Source of the DNA: Callorhinchus milii
Taxonomy: Eukaryota
DNA: 64,000 nucleotides
Direction of reading: 5' to 3'
NCBI RefSeq assembly: GCF_018977255.1
Contig: NW_024704742.1
Span: forward strand, 115,818,001 to 115,882,000
Below, piece after piece: positions 1 through 13,900 of this stretch (within the stretch, counting starts at the first letter, position 1; every line of letters starts with the position of its first letter). A model generated the notes under the pieces. It saw nothing but the letters and a program-made list of their open reading frames with translations. It was not told where the DNA came from and did no database searches. Position numbers and translations under genes: made by a program.

Positions 1-1166
1 ATTATTTACCTCTTAATCTAGGAAGCCCACAATATAAAATCCAGCCCAACAAAATACTTATATTTCCTAGATTGAATATTTTGTGCTTTAAAACAATTTT
101 GTCTTGTGAAGTGCCTTTCTTTAGATCAGGCACTATTGGTTGAGCAAGAGGACATATATAGAACGTATTCCAGGCCTCGGTCAACAGTGCCTTTGAAATG
201 GCCTCAAGGCGATCTAAAAGCATGTTTATGTCACACTTCAGAACCAAGAAAGTTCAAATAGAACTCAAGTCTACAATGAGGTTGAGTGTTAAGCTCCTAT
301 GTTCTGCTCGAACAGCAGAAACTGAATACCTTTGGCATTACTTGAAAAGTAAACGTGCACATGTGCTGTTGTTTCCATTACAATTTTCATTTTCTTTGGG
401 AAGCATCATATAGTCCAGTAATATCAAAGCCTTATTGCTATATTGCAGGGTCAGGCTGACTATTTGGCCATTGAAGATCACCATAGTCAGTGCACCTCGA
501 TGTATAAATGGGCCATTTACCTAGCAGTAACATTTCCTTTTATATACACACCCATGGATCAGCTGTTTCCTGTGCTTAAAAAAGACGACTTCCACGTGTG
601 CTGCTTTAATGTACTGCACATGTGCAAAACAGCAAATGATGTTGGCAGCAGCCGAATGACTGGGAAATCTGCTGTTTTACACGAAAGATAGGTGGTGCCT
701 GGAAACAAATGGGGCAACTGATTGTATACAGAATGGATGAGCTCTAAAATGCAATTGCTTTATAACCAAATCAGCACTATAAAGAAGTGATTTATAACAG
801 GACCCTCCTATTATAATAATAATAATATATATATGGTGTGTATGTGTGTATATATATATATAAAACCGCCCACAAATACACTGTTCACTCCACTTCACAG
901 TCCAAACTTGTAAATGGCTCTGGGATGTCCTCCTGACATGAAAGGCGCTATACCAAATGCAAGGATTATTTATAGATATATATATATATATCTATATTTC
1001 TTGGTTTCTATTACTCTAAAGTTGATGGCTAGCAACTTCAGTGAATGATTTATTTTGAGGAATATTGTCTTAAAATATGATGATTAATTATGTCTCAGAC
1101 CTACAGCTTCACAGAAAGTTATGTGGTCTGAATAATTGTAAACATTTGTAGTTGTAAGTAGGAACC

Positions 1167-1764
1167 GCAGCCTTCATACACGCATTCATTACATCAAGGC
1201 TCGACTATGCAAACTCTTTGCTTGCCGGCCTCCCCAACTCCTCCCTCCATAGGCTGCAGATCATCCAGAACTCTGTAGCCCGTGTCCTCTCTCGCACCAA
1301 GCTCCGTGACCCTATCACCCCCATTCTCGCCCAACTCCACTGGGTTCCCATCACACAGAGGAGACAGTTCAAGATCCTGGTCCTCACCTTCAAAGCCCTT
1401 CATGATCTTGCTCCCACCTACCTCTGCGACCTCCTAAACCCCTACCATCCTGCCCGCTCCATCCACTCAGCAGGCTCCGGTCTGCTTCACGTCCCCCGCC
1501 TCACCCACCCCACCATTGGCAGATGGGCCTTCTGCCACTCTGCCCTCGCTCTCTGGAACTCCATCCCACAGTGCCTCCGCCTCGCCCCGTCCCTTAACTC
1601 CTTCAAGACCCTCCTCTTTGACTGTGCTTTCGATTACCCTGCTTCCCCCCCTGCCCTCCACCCTCCCCAATCTCGACCACCAGCTCAGGTCCGAAACTCT
1701 GACTGTCCAGCGCCTAGGGACATCCTCCCGACGTGAAAAGTGCTATACAAATATAATGTTGTTA
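1167..1764 (+). mobile_element. L2-clade LINE, 5'-truncated 3' fragment
   Basis: ORF 1218..1736 (RLQIIQNSVARVL..ITPILAQLHWVPI..FKILVLTFKALH) typical of the L2 ORF2 C-terminus; tail GGGACATCCTCCCGACGTGAAAAGTGCTATACAAAT..(TTG)n. Confidence 0.88.
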
Positions 1765-1895
1765 TAGTAAAGATGTTGCCTAATGCTTAATAGTTTATAT
1801 AAAGTATTTGAGAAAAAACATTGTAGCTGAACTAGAATTTAACAAAGGTACTTGAAAGACAAATAGATTTTATATTTATTTGTTTTTTGTTTCAG

Positions 1896-1940
1896 GACCC
1901 ATCGAGTTTGAAGAATGTAACATAGCAAATGCGCTAGAAG
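1896..1940 (+). CDS. FCHO2: FCHO2 exon (45 nt): (G)[14 protein letters not shown](G)
   Basis: tttcag acceptor, AG|gtattt donor; matches FCHO2 GLIEFEECDTASAVEG. Confidence 0.93.
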
Positions 1941-4900
1941 GTATTTTTCTCTTTAGAATATATAACTGATGTTTGTACTTACAAAGTACAATGTGCAAAT
2001 CTATTTTTGAGATTATTTCTACATAATTAAATAAAAATACTCGTGTAAATGACTGAATTTTTGTTCTTGAATGGTGTCTTTACAGACATTTGTTTAGTAC
2101 ATTATGGATTTTTTTTCTTGTGAAGTATCTTTTGATGTAAAATTTGCTAACATGCTAATGCTAATTAGTATTTATAATGCAGGAGTGAAGAAGTCAAAAA
2201 GAAAAACTTTCGGAATACCAGGTCGAGCAAAGAAAGAAAAAGATACAGATTCAGTGTGAGTGATTGTTTTAGTGTTTTTTTTTAGCTTATTGTGCATTAA
2301 AAGGTGCAGCATTCAGAAGAGGCAGCTCTTGCTTTAAGTGTTTTTGATCCTGTTTAAAGTTGTACATGAATGTGCTTTCTAAGTGCAAGTTATAACTTTG
2401 TCAGCATTCTAAAGAGTGATGTTGAACCATTTATTTTTTTTAAAAAAATACAAGCACCCTTTCTTGCAGTTCTTATATGAAAATTTAATTATCTGCTGCA
2501 AAATATATTTGTAGAATTTTTTTTGCTATAGTGGCATGTTTGTTCAACTACTTTAATACTGTAGCAGAGTGACCTGAGAGCACATCCCAGTGACTGGCAT
2601 TTGAACTCTCTTCTAACGCTGAGTTTGCTAAACTTGGTCAGGCTCTCCTATGGGAGGAAGCGAAAGCCAACAATCTAATCTTTCATATGCTGACAAAGTA
2701 ACCTTTCAGTCAAGAGCACTAATAATGTCATCCGTGCAGATATTTGTATTACTCGTCCTCTTTAAGATAGACACTAACAGAGCTAGAAGGAGGAACGTAT
2801 TTATATGTAGAGTGGTGAGAATGTAGAACTCACTGCCAGGAGCAGAAAGCATCAATGCATTTAAGAAAAACTTGGTGCATATTTGAGGGAGAAAGGAATA
2901 GACAGTTGTGGATTGGAGGCTCTTGTGGAATATAAACACCAGCATGGACTAATTGGGTTGTTTCCGTGCTATAATAGTCTATATAGTTGTAATGAGAAGA
3001 GCATAGATGTGAATGGATTGTTGTTGAGATTGTTATCCTGAACATCAGATCCTTTGCACCTTCTCCTATGAAATCTCTTATTCTCTTTCATGTAACCTCC
3101 ACTTTTCTGATTCTGGTATATTGTTTAATGGAGCATTTGCTTAGGGTGAATCATAGAATTTTACAGCACAGGAGAAGACCATTCGGCCCATAGTGTTTGT
3201 GCCAGCTCTTTTAAAAGAGCTATCCAAATCAATCCCACTCCCCCGCGCTCTCCCCATTATCTACTTCTCTCTTAAAAGTTGTTATTAAATCTGCTTGCAC
3301 CACCCTTTCAGACAATGCATTCAAGATCCGAACAACTTGCTGTGTGAAAAAAATGTTGCCTCACCTCTCCTCTGTTTCTTTTAACAACTATTTTAAGTCG
3401 GTGTCCTCGGGTTACCGACCCACCCGCCAGTGGAAACAGTTTCTCCTTGTTCACCCTATCGAATCCCCTCATAATTTTGAAAACTTCTATTAAGTCTCCT
3501 CTTAACCTTCTCAGCTCCAAGGAGAATGATCCTAGCTTCTCTAGCCTCTCCTGATAACTGGTACCATTCGTGGTACCATCCTGGTAAATCTCCTTTGCAC
3601 CCTCTCCAATCCTTGACATCCTTCCTAAAGTGTGGTGCCCAGAACTGAACACAGTACTCTATCTGAGGCCTAATCAGTGTTTTATAAAGATTCATCATAA
3701 CTTCCTGACTTTTGTATTGTATGACCCTGTTTATAAATTCTAGTATCCGTATGCTTTCTTAGCAGCTTTATCTACCAGTCCTGCCACCTTCAAAGATTTA
3801 CTTATATGAACCCCCAGGTCTCTCTGTTCCTTCACCCCCTTTAAGATTGTACCATCAGTTTATATTGCCTCTGCTCATTCTTCCTCCCAAAATGCATCAC
3901 TTTGCATTTCTCCACATTAAACTTTATCTGCCACATGTCTGCCCACTTTACCAGTGTGTCTATGTCCTCTTGTAGTCTGCTACTATCCTCCTCATTCTTT
4001 ACACGTTTTACTAGCTTAGTGTCAACTGCAAACTTGGAAATTGTACTCCCTACATCCAAGTCCAGGTCATTTATATAGATTAAAAANGAGCATCACTTCC
4101 CACAGGTCAGAAAAACAACCATTCACCACCTCTCTGCTTTCTGTCCCCCAGCCAGTTCTATATCCATGCTGCCACAATCCCTTTAATACCATAGGCTTCT
4201 ATTTTGCTTACAAGTCTCTTATGTGGCACTTTATCAATCGCCTTTTGAAAATCAATCCCAATTTGAATAAATATCAATTTATCTTCGTCAACTGTACTAC
4301 CTTCATCCACCCTCTCCGTTACTTCACTCAATAAAATGTGTCTTACATAAGATGAGGTTGGGATGTCCTCCTAGCATGAAAGTGTATCTATGTAAGGACT
4401 ATTATTAGTAGTATTATCTTCATCTCTTATGTCACTAATATTTTTATTAACCTGTCACCCTTTCTCTACTACTCATATAGTAATAATCCTTGCATTTGAA
4501 TCAGCACCTCAATATCCTGTGCACAAAATATCTGAAAAGTGCTTTAGAGGATTTACAGTAGAGTGTGTGTTCATCATATTTGGAATGCATGTAGTAAATC
4601 ATGTATGCTATCATGGTAAATATTATAAAGCATATCTGGAAGTGAGTTGAAAGCAGCAAATTCCGTCATGGTTTTGTTGACTTTCAGAAGCTACTTGATT
4701 CTCTTGTAGCTTGTGCTAGAACAGCTGTTTTAAGTAAATGACTTCCAACTATCTGTAGCTGTTACAACTTTCTTCCTGTATACGTCTGCCTGACTCAGTT
4801 GGTAGCACAGCTTCCAGCAATGAATTCCTCATTCTCCCCCTTCTCCTGTTTAGATCTGTGGAGTCCTGTAGCTTAGTGGTTAGAGCACTCGCCTCACAAG

Positions 4901-7900
4901 CGAAAGGACCTGGGTTTGATTCCCGGCAGGGCAAAATGATAGGCAAGTTTCCTTAGTCCACAAGCCTCTGTTTACCTAGCAGTAAGTAGGAACCTGGTTG
5001 TTAGTCGATTGGTGGATCACTTTTCCAGGGGTAATAATACCTTTTTTTTAAAAAAAATTTAGTCACTCAATCTACGGCTGTGTAGGACTCTGCTGTACGC
5101 AATTGGCTGCCGCTTTTCACCCACAAAGTATACAGTCAATTCACTTTACAGTATATTCTGTGAAGCGCTTTAAGACATCTTGAAGATGTGATAGGGCGCT
5201 TATCAAATGCAAGAATTATTATTATCATATTCATGCTGCCTCATTTTGGACTCAAATGAAACATTTTGAACGTCTATCCACCCTTATCGAATCCTTTTGT
5301 AATCTTAAACACCACTATATTGTTTATTAAAACGTTTGTGTGAAAATAACGTAATTTTTTTTATTTCTTTGTGTATAAATGTATGTGTGGATATTATATA
5401 TTATAGTTAATTTTTATATATTTTTTTCTACAGGGAATCTCCAGATGCGGATTCAGTAGTAAGTAGATCTAGCAAAGACAGAACTGAATTGAATTACAAT
5501 TGCAGGATTAGTTCGTATTTTTGGACACAATTCTACATTTTGGATACAGTTCTCTGCTAAATTATCCCATGCGTTATACGTTTGCATTGTTTATACTCCT
5601 TGTTAGTATACTATCTGGTAAATGATTATTAACTTGATTATGAAGCATTTGTACAATAGTAGATGATCCTTATAACTAGCGTGTACAGTTTGGGATTTAT
5701 TTTTATATAATGGATGTAGAAGAAGGAAACCTTTTAACTAGTGAAAGGTTATATAACTGATGGTAAGTATTTGTTTGCCTGTACAATAATATACCATTGG
5801 CACTTTTCAGATTTGGTTAAATTCTACAAGTGTCTGAGGTGGTTGCCAGACCTTTCTCAAATGCTCCCTTTCCCTCATCTGCCCACGTACTTCAACAAGG
5901 TGGTTAGAATCTTATTTCATCTCCCTTCTTCACCATTGGCTTTTTAATACATAACTAACCCAAGATAACTAAGAGAGGAACGTAAAGGTCGAAAAAGATG
6001 ATTTTAACAGCAACGACAAAATTACATTTATCGAGCACCTTCACGTCGGGAGGACGTCCTAAAGCGCTGGAAAATCAGGGGTCGCGAACCGAGAATAGGG
6101 AAGGGGTGGGGTAGGAGTGAGGGAAGGCAGAGAGGTGGGAGGGCGACCGAAGGCACGATCGAAGAGAAGGGTCTTGAGACCAGCTTTGAAGGAGGCAAGG
6201 GAGGAAGTGAGGCGAAGGGACTGTATGCTGGAGTTCCTGAGTGAAAGCCTGGCCACCGATGGTAGGGCGGGTCGGGCGGGAGACATGGAGCAGACCGGAG
6301 CCCGCTGAACGGAGGGAGCGGGTAGGTTGGTAGGGAGTCAGTAGGTTAGAGAGGTAGGATCCTCTGAGGGATGGGGAGCCAGTGTATCTGAGCTTGATGA
6401 CAGACCATCTAGAGAACTATGTGTAATTTATTTCCCTGTTCAGTTGTATGAGAGAACAACAACCATCTCCGCCGCCAAAAAACCCAAACCCGGCTGCTCG
6501 AGCGCAGATGGTGGAAAACTGGCCTGACAGTTCACTGCCAACTGTGGCTCGAGCATCTCCACAGCTACCGTTGTTCTTTGACACTCGCAAAAACGGCCTT
6601 CTACTCCAACACAACCCTAAAATCCTTTTTTCCACCACCCACTACCTCCTCTGTGCCCCCCCTCAGGCCTCCTCAATCTTCATATCAAATGCCAAATGCG
6701 AGGATGTCATGGACTTCTTTTCATCTAAAATACATAACATCCGCCAGGCAGCCTCATCCACCTGCCTCTTGTCATCCACCATCACGCCCTCTCTGTCCCC
6801 CTCACCCTTCCCATCATCTGCTCCTACCACCACCCCCATGCTACATTCCTGCCTCCCCTCTCTCCCTCCTCCCTCTCACCCACCATCACCTCCAAGAAAC
6901 CCACCACCTGATGCCTCGACCCCCTCCCCACCAACTTACTGGTCACCCAACTCCCACTACTGGCTGACGTCATCAACCAGTCACTCTCTTCCAGATCAGT
7001 CCCTCTCCCCCCCTCAAAACTGCTGTCAACAAACCCCTCCTCAAAAAACCTTCCCTGGATCCCTCAAACCCCAGCCACTATTTCTAACCTGCCTTTCCTC
7101 GCAAAAGTCCTAGAACGCATTGTTGCCAATCAGCTTCGTGCACACCTCTCCCACTCCCTCCTCGAACCCCTCCAGTCCAGTTTCCGCTCTGCCCAGAGCA
7201 CAGAGACTGCACTTGTGAAAGTCACAAATGACATCCTCTCTATCTGTGACCAGGGCTCCCTCTGCCTCCTTGTCCTCCTGGACCTCTCTGCCGCGTTCGA
7301 CACAGTTGATCACGCCATCCTCCTCCACTGCCTTTCCTCCATCATCCACCTCAGTGGGACCGCACTCGCCTGGTTCGAGTCCTACCTCACAAACTGCCTT
7401 CGTTCCACCGGGACAGGCCTCCTTCTTGTCCCCAGAGTCCTCCGCTCCATCCTCAGCGGCCGTGCCTTCAGCCACTACGCCCCGAAGCTCTGGAACTCCC
7501 TTCCTCACTCCCTTCACCTCGCTCCCTCGCTTCCTATTTTCAGGTCTCTGCTGAAGACCTTTCTTTTCAACCCCGTCTTTGTTCACCTTCCTCCCCCCTC
7601 CCCCTGGCTCGGCCCCGGGATCCATTACTGTGAAGCGCTCTTGAGACTCCGTCCGGCATGGAGGGTGCTATATAAATCCAAGTTGTTGTTGGAAACTGCA
7701 GGATTAATGCTGGAGTTTAGGGGACAGAGCTATGAGGAAAAAATGACTTCTCTGGTTTAGGGACTTTACTCTTAAAGGAGATGATTAAGAGAGAACTTGA
7801 TGGAAGTGTTTTTGTGTAAAATCAAATACACCAATTTACTGTCTCCTATTGCTGAATTCATGTTCTTGTCGACTTTGATGCTCACTATCAAGCAGTCATT

Positions 7901-10900
7901 CTCTTCTGCTGATAAGGCACATATTAATGCTGAACTTTAAGCCAATTTAAATTCCTTTGAACCAGTTGGCATTTAAGCCTCCCTATATCTCTGGTCAACC
8001 TAACCTCTTAGATTTTTCCTTGTCTCGAATCATATCTCCCATATCGTGTAATTTTCCTTGCCCCTGGGTTGACTCATACCTCCATTTTGTGGACTACCCT
8101 CCAACTAAACAAACTCAATCATGACAGCTTTGCAGTGCATTTGTTGACTAGGATTCTTTTTACAGAGTTCTTTGCTGATTTTCCCCTTGTCCAAATGCTA
8201 CTTGGATTCTTTTGATCTTCTGTCCCTGCAAGTGAAGTGATCAGTTATTTTAACTTGCTAGGATGGTTGCTTGCCTCAATCTTCCCTGACTGTCAGATTA
8301 GGCCCTGCGTCATGGTTGAATCCTACCTGCTGTTTTGATGTACAAATTCTGCCTATTGACGTCCTAAACAGTCTGAAGCATAATTTGTATTCACCTCGCG
8401 GGTAGAGCTGCTAAATGTAATTTTATTGAAAAGAAGCTTGTCTCTCTAGTGCTTGCTCCTTATGCAATTCTTTTTTGAATCACTCCTCATCATGATGGCT
8501 TACTTGCTGACTCCTAAGGAGAAAGCTGTCCTCTTTATCTTACCTTTCTCCTCTCATTCTAATCTAATATGTGCTTGCAATTAAATGCAAGTGTCCTGAA
8601 AACAGGAACTCGAGCTTTGTGAAGAAGAGCTTTTAAGTGCTTTCACCTCGACAAGTTCCATGAATAAAATTGAGCATCACAATTTCTATTTGCGCCACCT
8701 GTTATGGGAATAAATTCACAAGGTCAGAAAAGGGCTTTCAGACCACCCTTTGATCTTTTGATGTATTTCCATTACAGACAGTATCAAGCTGCTTCAACCT
8801 TCAGTTTACTGGTAATCCATTCCAGCTGTGGACTAACCTCTAACTAACAAAATATCTTAGTATCAACCTTTAACTTTCACTCCACGGCCCTGAACATTTG
8901 CCCACTGGCCCTCTTGCCTTTCTCTATTCTATTTTGCAACTTAACAAATCTCCTTGGAGACTGTTACACATAACTGGTCCCTCTAACACCGTGGATCAAC
9001 CTTGTTCTCTCCTTGGCACTGCTTTTTAGACCTCGGGCCTTATTTCGCAGTTATTGATACTGTACAAGCATTTTAGTTACAGCTTGAACAGAGCTTCAGA
9101 GTAATAACTGGTAAATTTTATTTCAATTGATTTGATAATGTAACTTACCCAGGCCTCTGTCCTTGGCCCTCTCCTCTTTAATATCTACATGCTCCCCCTT
9201 GGTGTCATCATCCGCATACATGGGGTCAACTTCCACATGTATGCGGATGACACCCAACTCTATCTTTCTGCCCCACCCTCAACTCCAGGACCACTGCTAT
9301 CCTGAGAGACTGCCTGTCGGACATCAAGTCCTGGATGAGGGCAAACTTCCTACAGTTGAATGTGAATAAAACTGAGGCCTTCTTGATTGACTCGCGCCAG
9401 TGCCTCAGCACCTCCGCTCTGGCAATATCAACCTCCATGGTTGCATACTACAACTCACAAAGCCAGTCAGGAACCCAGGTGTCTTGTTCGACCCTCAACT
9501 GTCTTTTCTTCCCCACATCCAAGCCATGACCCGCTCTGCCTTCCCTCACCTCCGTAACATCACCCGACTCCGCCATTACCTCACCCCTCAGGCTGCTGAA
9601 ACTCTTGTTCATTCCTTCATCACCTCCAGCCTCCGATTCCATTGGCTCCCTATCCTTCAGAGGATCCAGTTCAAGATCCTGGTCCTCACCTACAAAACCC
9701 TCTATGGCCTCACCCCACCCTACCTCTGCAACCCCCTACCAACCCGCCCGCTCCCTCCGCTCAGCCGGCTCCGGCCTCTCCATGTCCCTCAACCCACCCG
9801 TCCCACCATTGGCGGGAGAGCCTTAAACCACTCTGCCTCCAACCTCTGGAATTCCATTCCACAATCACTCCGCCTCGCCCCCTCCTTAGCCTCCTTCAAG
9901 TCCCGCTTCAAGATCCTCCTCTTCGTCCATGTCATCGGCCACTCCCCTCCCTTCTCTCCCCACCCCCAACCCCAGCTCGGGTCTGAAATGCTGTACACTG
10001 TCCAGCGTCTTGGGACGTCCTCCTGACGTGAAAGGCGCAATACAAGTGTAATGTTGTTGTTGCTTATCTTTATTTAGTTCAAGTGCACTGATGTTGAGCT
10101 CTCTTTGTCTTATCTTGCCTGAATCTTTGATTCTGCACATACCAGCACAGAATCCATGAGACACCCATTCCAGGCAGAAAATGAATAACTATCAAAGGGG
10201 AAGATGAATGTGAAGGCATTGACACAGTAGGGTTGCAAAATGTTTTGTACAATGGCAAACAAAGTCCTCAAGTCTAAACAACCACTGTCATAATGCATAT
10301 TGTTTTGACATTTGGATTATCCAGAATAGTAATCAAACATGCAGTATCACATATTTACCAATTTTTAAATATTACATTGCCATTGTGGATACGCAACTAA
10401 TTAATGTTTATTTTCATTTCATTTTGAGAAAAATAATCTAGCTTTCGCCTTGGTAATCTTACTAAATTATTGGCTCTTCATGTTTTAGTATATATTAAAA
10501 AAAACTTTGGATTAATTTATTAAGGAAACCTGGGTATATGTTTCTCTTGCACTGTTTGGTATTCCTATTTGCTGAATTCATCAAATAGTTATTGGGCAGA
10601 GATACTTGTATTCAGTGACATTTGAACAGTAATGTTGCTGTAAATATTCACTCAATTAATTCAGCATAGTGATGGACACATACAGTTTATTGTCCTCAAA
10701 TTTTGAACTAATTTGGGCCTTTATTTTTATCAAATGCAAGGATTATAATTTATTTTTGAATTGAGAACATTTTATATTCATTTTTTTTCTAAGATGTATG
10801 CTGTATTCTGCAATAGATATGCATATGTATTAAATGCACATTATTATTGTTGCTCCCATGCCAGAAACTGCAACATTAAATTTGTTGTAATTTCCTGAGC

Positions 10901-13900
10901 AAAGTTATGTATTTTCAGTTTCCACTGATGCCCCACTCTTACTCTGTTATTAACTGAGACATTTGAACTTGATTGTAAAATGTACTTAATTTTAAAAATT
11001 GTCGCAATTAGAGACGTTTCTGTAATGGCAACTTGCAGAGTTGTATCTAAGAAAAATTGTTTCTTCATTAGTATTTAACATCTTTTTGTTACAGAATATT
11101 CCAGAGGTGGATGAGGAAGGTTTCTGCATCAAACCAGAAGTGAATCAAAATGATATCCTTAACTTTAACTCTCAGATGTTTAAGTTACCTAAATTTTATG
11201 TGCAAACTGGCAGAAAGGGATCATTCCTTGCTCTTGAACTCCCTAAACTGTACTTTTAGAAGTCAAATTAATATATTATACAATATTTAACTTGTCTAGA
11301 ATGTCTAATTTTAAGATTAACTTTCATACTGACTTCTTAATATAATACAGGTAAAAGTTCACTTTAATATAGTCAAAATATTCTTTGGTCAAAATGGTCA
11401 GATGATCCTTTGAGATTAGTGGAACTGGGAGCTTTGGATTGGCTGGGAACTGATGCGTTGCCTCATGACCCCAGGAAAGCCTATTGTTGTTGGAGTTTTC
11501 ATAAATAGTTGCTTGTTAAAATTAATTGATGCTGCTTCAAGACACAATGTTTCTCTCCGAAACTCTCAAGCGTGGACATGGGATGGCATGTGCTTAGGTA
11601 GAAAAGTAGGAATTCCTCATTTTAGGAAAAGTGTACACTTTATGTATGTTTATTTTCTCACTTTTACTGCTGATATGCATTTTTTTAAAAAAACAAGGTA
11701 TACTGTTTAATAAAAACTTAGTTATACATTATTTCACAAAGAAAAATGTGCTGTAGGATGAAAGCTAAAACCCAAGGGTAGAAAGTTGATTGTGAATGAA
11801 TCCATTGGATTGAACAAACTTGACAAGACTTATCCATTCACAATTGCTCCCATATAGTTACCTTGTAGAGATTAATGTTGTAAAGTGTATATCTATGCTT
11901 AATATTCATCTTTGGTTCTGTAGAATAGCTGTCACAAAATATTTCACCTATAATTTGAAATAAATACTTGTTATTCACTTGAACGATAGCAATGTACATG
12001 TTTGTTTTCCTTGACCAATGTATACATGCCAAAGAGAACAATTTTTACTCATCAAGCGATTCGGGTTCTGATGATGAGGAACCTCGAAAATTTCATGTGG
12101 AAATCAAGCCAATGCAACCAAATAATGGCACCAATCATACATTGGAAGAACTGAAAGCATCCATTGGGAATCTCACACTCTCTCCCTCCCAATCTGTAAG
12201 TAAATCGTTATTGGTCCTGTCCATATACTTTGCAATTAAGTAAATATGAAATAGAGAATTCAGGCCTGTTTCTAACACTTAGATTGCAAATGTTCTCCTC
12301 TCCTGAAGGCGATGACTTATTGGGAAGTCATCCTTCATCACAAAAAGTTTTGTTGATATGTCATTCCAGGCAGGATATCTGATCATGACAGGCATCAAAA
12401 ATTAACACAGTCTCATCAGTCATCAACACATGTGTACTTCCCAGCAGGATTCACTTGAAAGCAATCAAGAACAATCTCTCTTATTTCTCCTTTTCTCCCA
12501 CAATCCTTCCTAAATGTATGTTTAAACCTCTGCTCACTGGCTTGATGGAAAATTAAAGGACATTCCGGAAACTTTAATATTCATTTTATAAAATTTGGCT
12601 TTGCCCAGTTGCAATTCTCCTAAAGCAGCATGATTCTACATCCTTGTTTCTCCTGTAAAGATGATAATATCTCAGTGTAAGGTGCTGGTTTGGGCACAAC
12701 GCAATGCTTTGCAGCCATACAAATTCTGTGCAATTCAATTGTCCTACTTTTGTTAATATGGCATTTGACATTCCTTGAAAGTAAAACATCATCTAAATTC
12801 AGCTTGTCCACTGTCCTGTCCACTTCTCCATGTGGTGTGCATTATATATAATTTGTTTCAGTGTTTTCCTTTCTGCTCATGTCTCTGCATAGAATAAGTT
12901 TGTAAATTTACAAAAGACCTTTGTGTAAAGCATGGATCAGGGCCAGTGCAAGAAGATTGCACAGCTACTGTGATACTGAAACCTTCAACACAATGCCTTG
13001 GATTTTTCCTGTTTGGATGACTACAACAACAACATGATTACATTTGTATAGCGCCTTTCACGTCGGGAGGATGTCCCAAGGCGCTGGACAGTGTACAGCA
13101 TTTCAGAATATTTGTCAATTTACATGTGGAGAATCAGCTTTGTTCAAGCAGTAAGAAAGAACAGATCAAAAGGTAGTAATCTAGCTTTAGCAAGAGAATT
13201 ACCCTGTCCTCGGTACAGGTCATCATCTATCTGTTCTCTTGATTTGAGATTTCTGAATGAGGAAGGGAAAGAGGGAGATAATAATCCTTGCATTTGATAT
13301 AGTGCCTTATGTCTTTGAGATGTCTCAAAGCGCTTCGCAGAATACACTGAAACAAAAGTTACATGTAATGCAGCTGACAGTGATCCTTTTTAAAGTTGGA
13401 TGATAGGCAGTCTTGATCTATTCAGCCCCCCTTTCACCAATCAATAATAATACATTTTGTTGGCATTTGACATTAAAAAAATTCAGCTGAGAATTAACAT
13501 TATGTAATCATATAAGATAAGCATTCAAGACTAATAGAAATAGAACACCAGAAGTCTGAAATGACTGGATCAGCGTGTGAAACCAAGAGAGATTAATCAG
13601 TCCAGCCAAACAGGTGTATTTTCAACATTTTCTGGTTTTACTTTAATTAGTGTATATTGGAGCTAGGATTGAAATTGTTCTGAGTACCTCAAATATAGCT
13701 TCAAACAACAACAATAACTTTCATTTACATATGCCTTTCACGCGAGGTAGCGGCCCAGAGCTTCAAAGAGATTCAATAAATAGATATGTTTCTTAAATAA
13801 GTATACATAGCATTTAACTTGCAATTGTTTCTTCTTTTTTACATGCTCATTTCAGAGGCACAGTCCAGTAAGTAACTGTTTAAACTGAATAAATTACATG

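Noticed and set aside
1..1160. Possible further FCHO2 exon (F-BAR end, ..KGTGKERP)
   Set aside because: No matching peptide with splice sites found; that exon must lie upstream of the window
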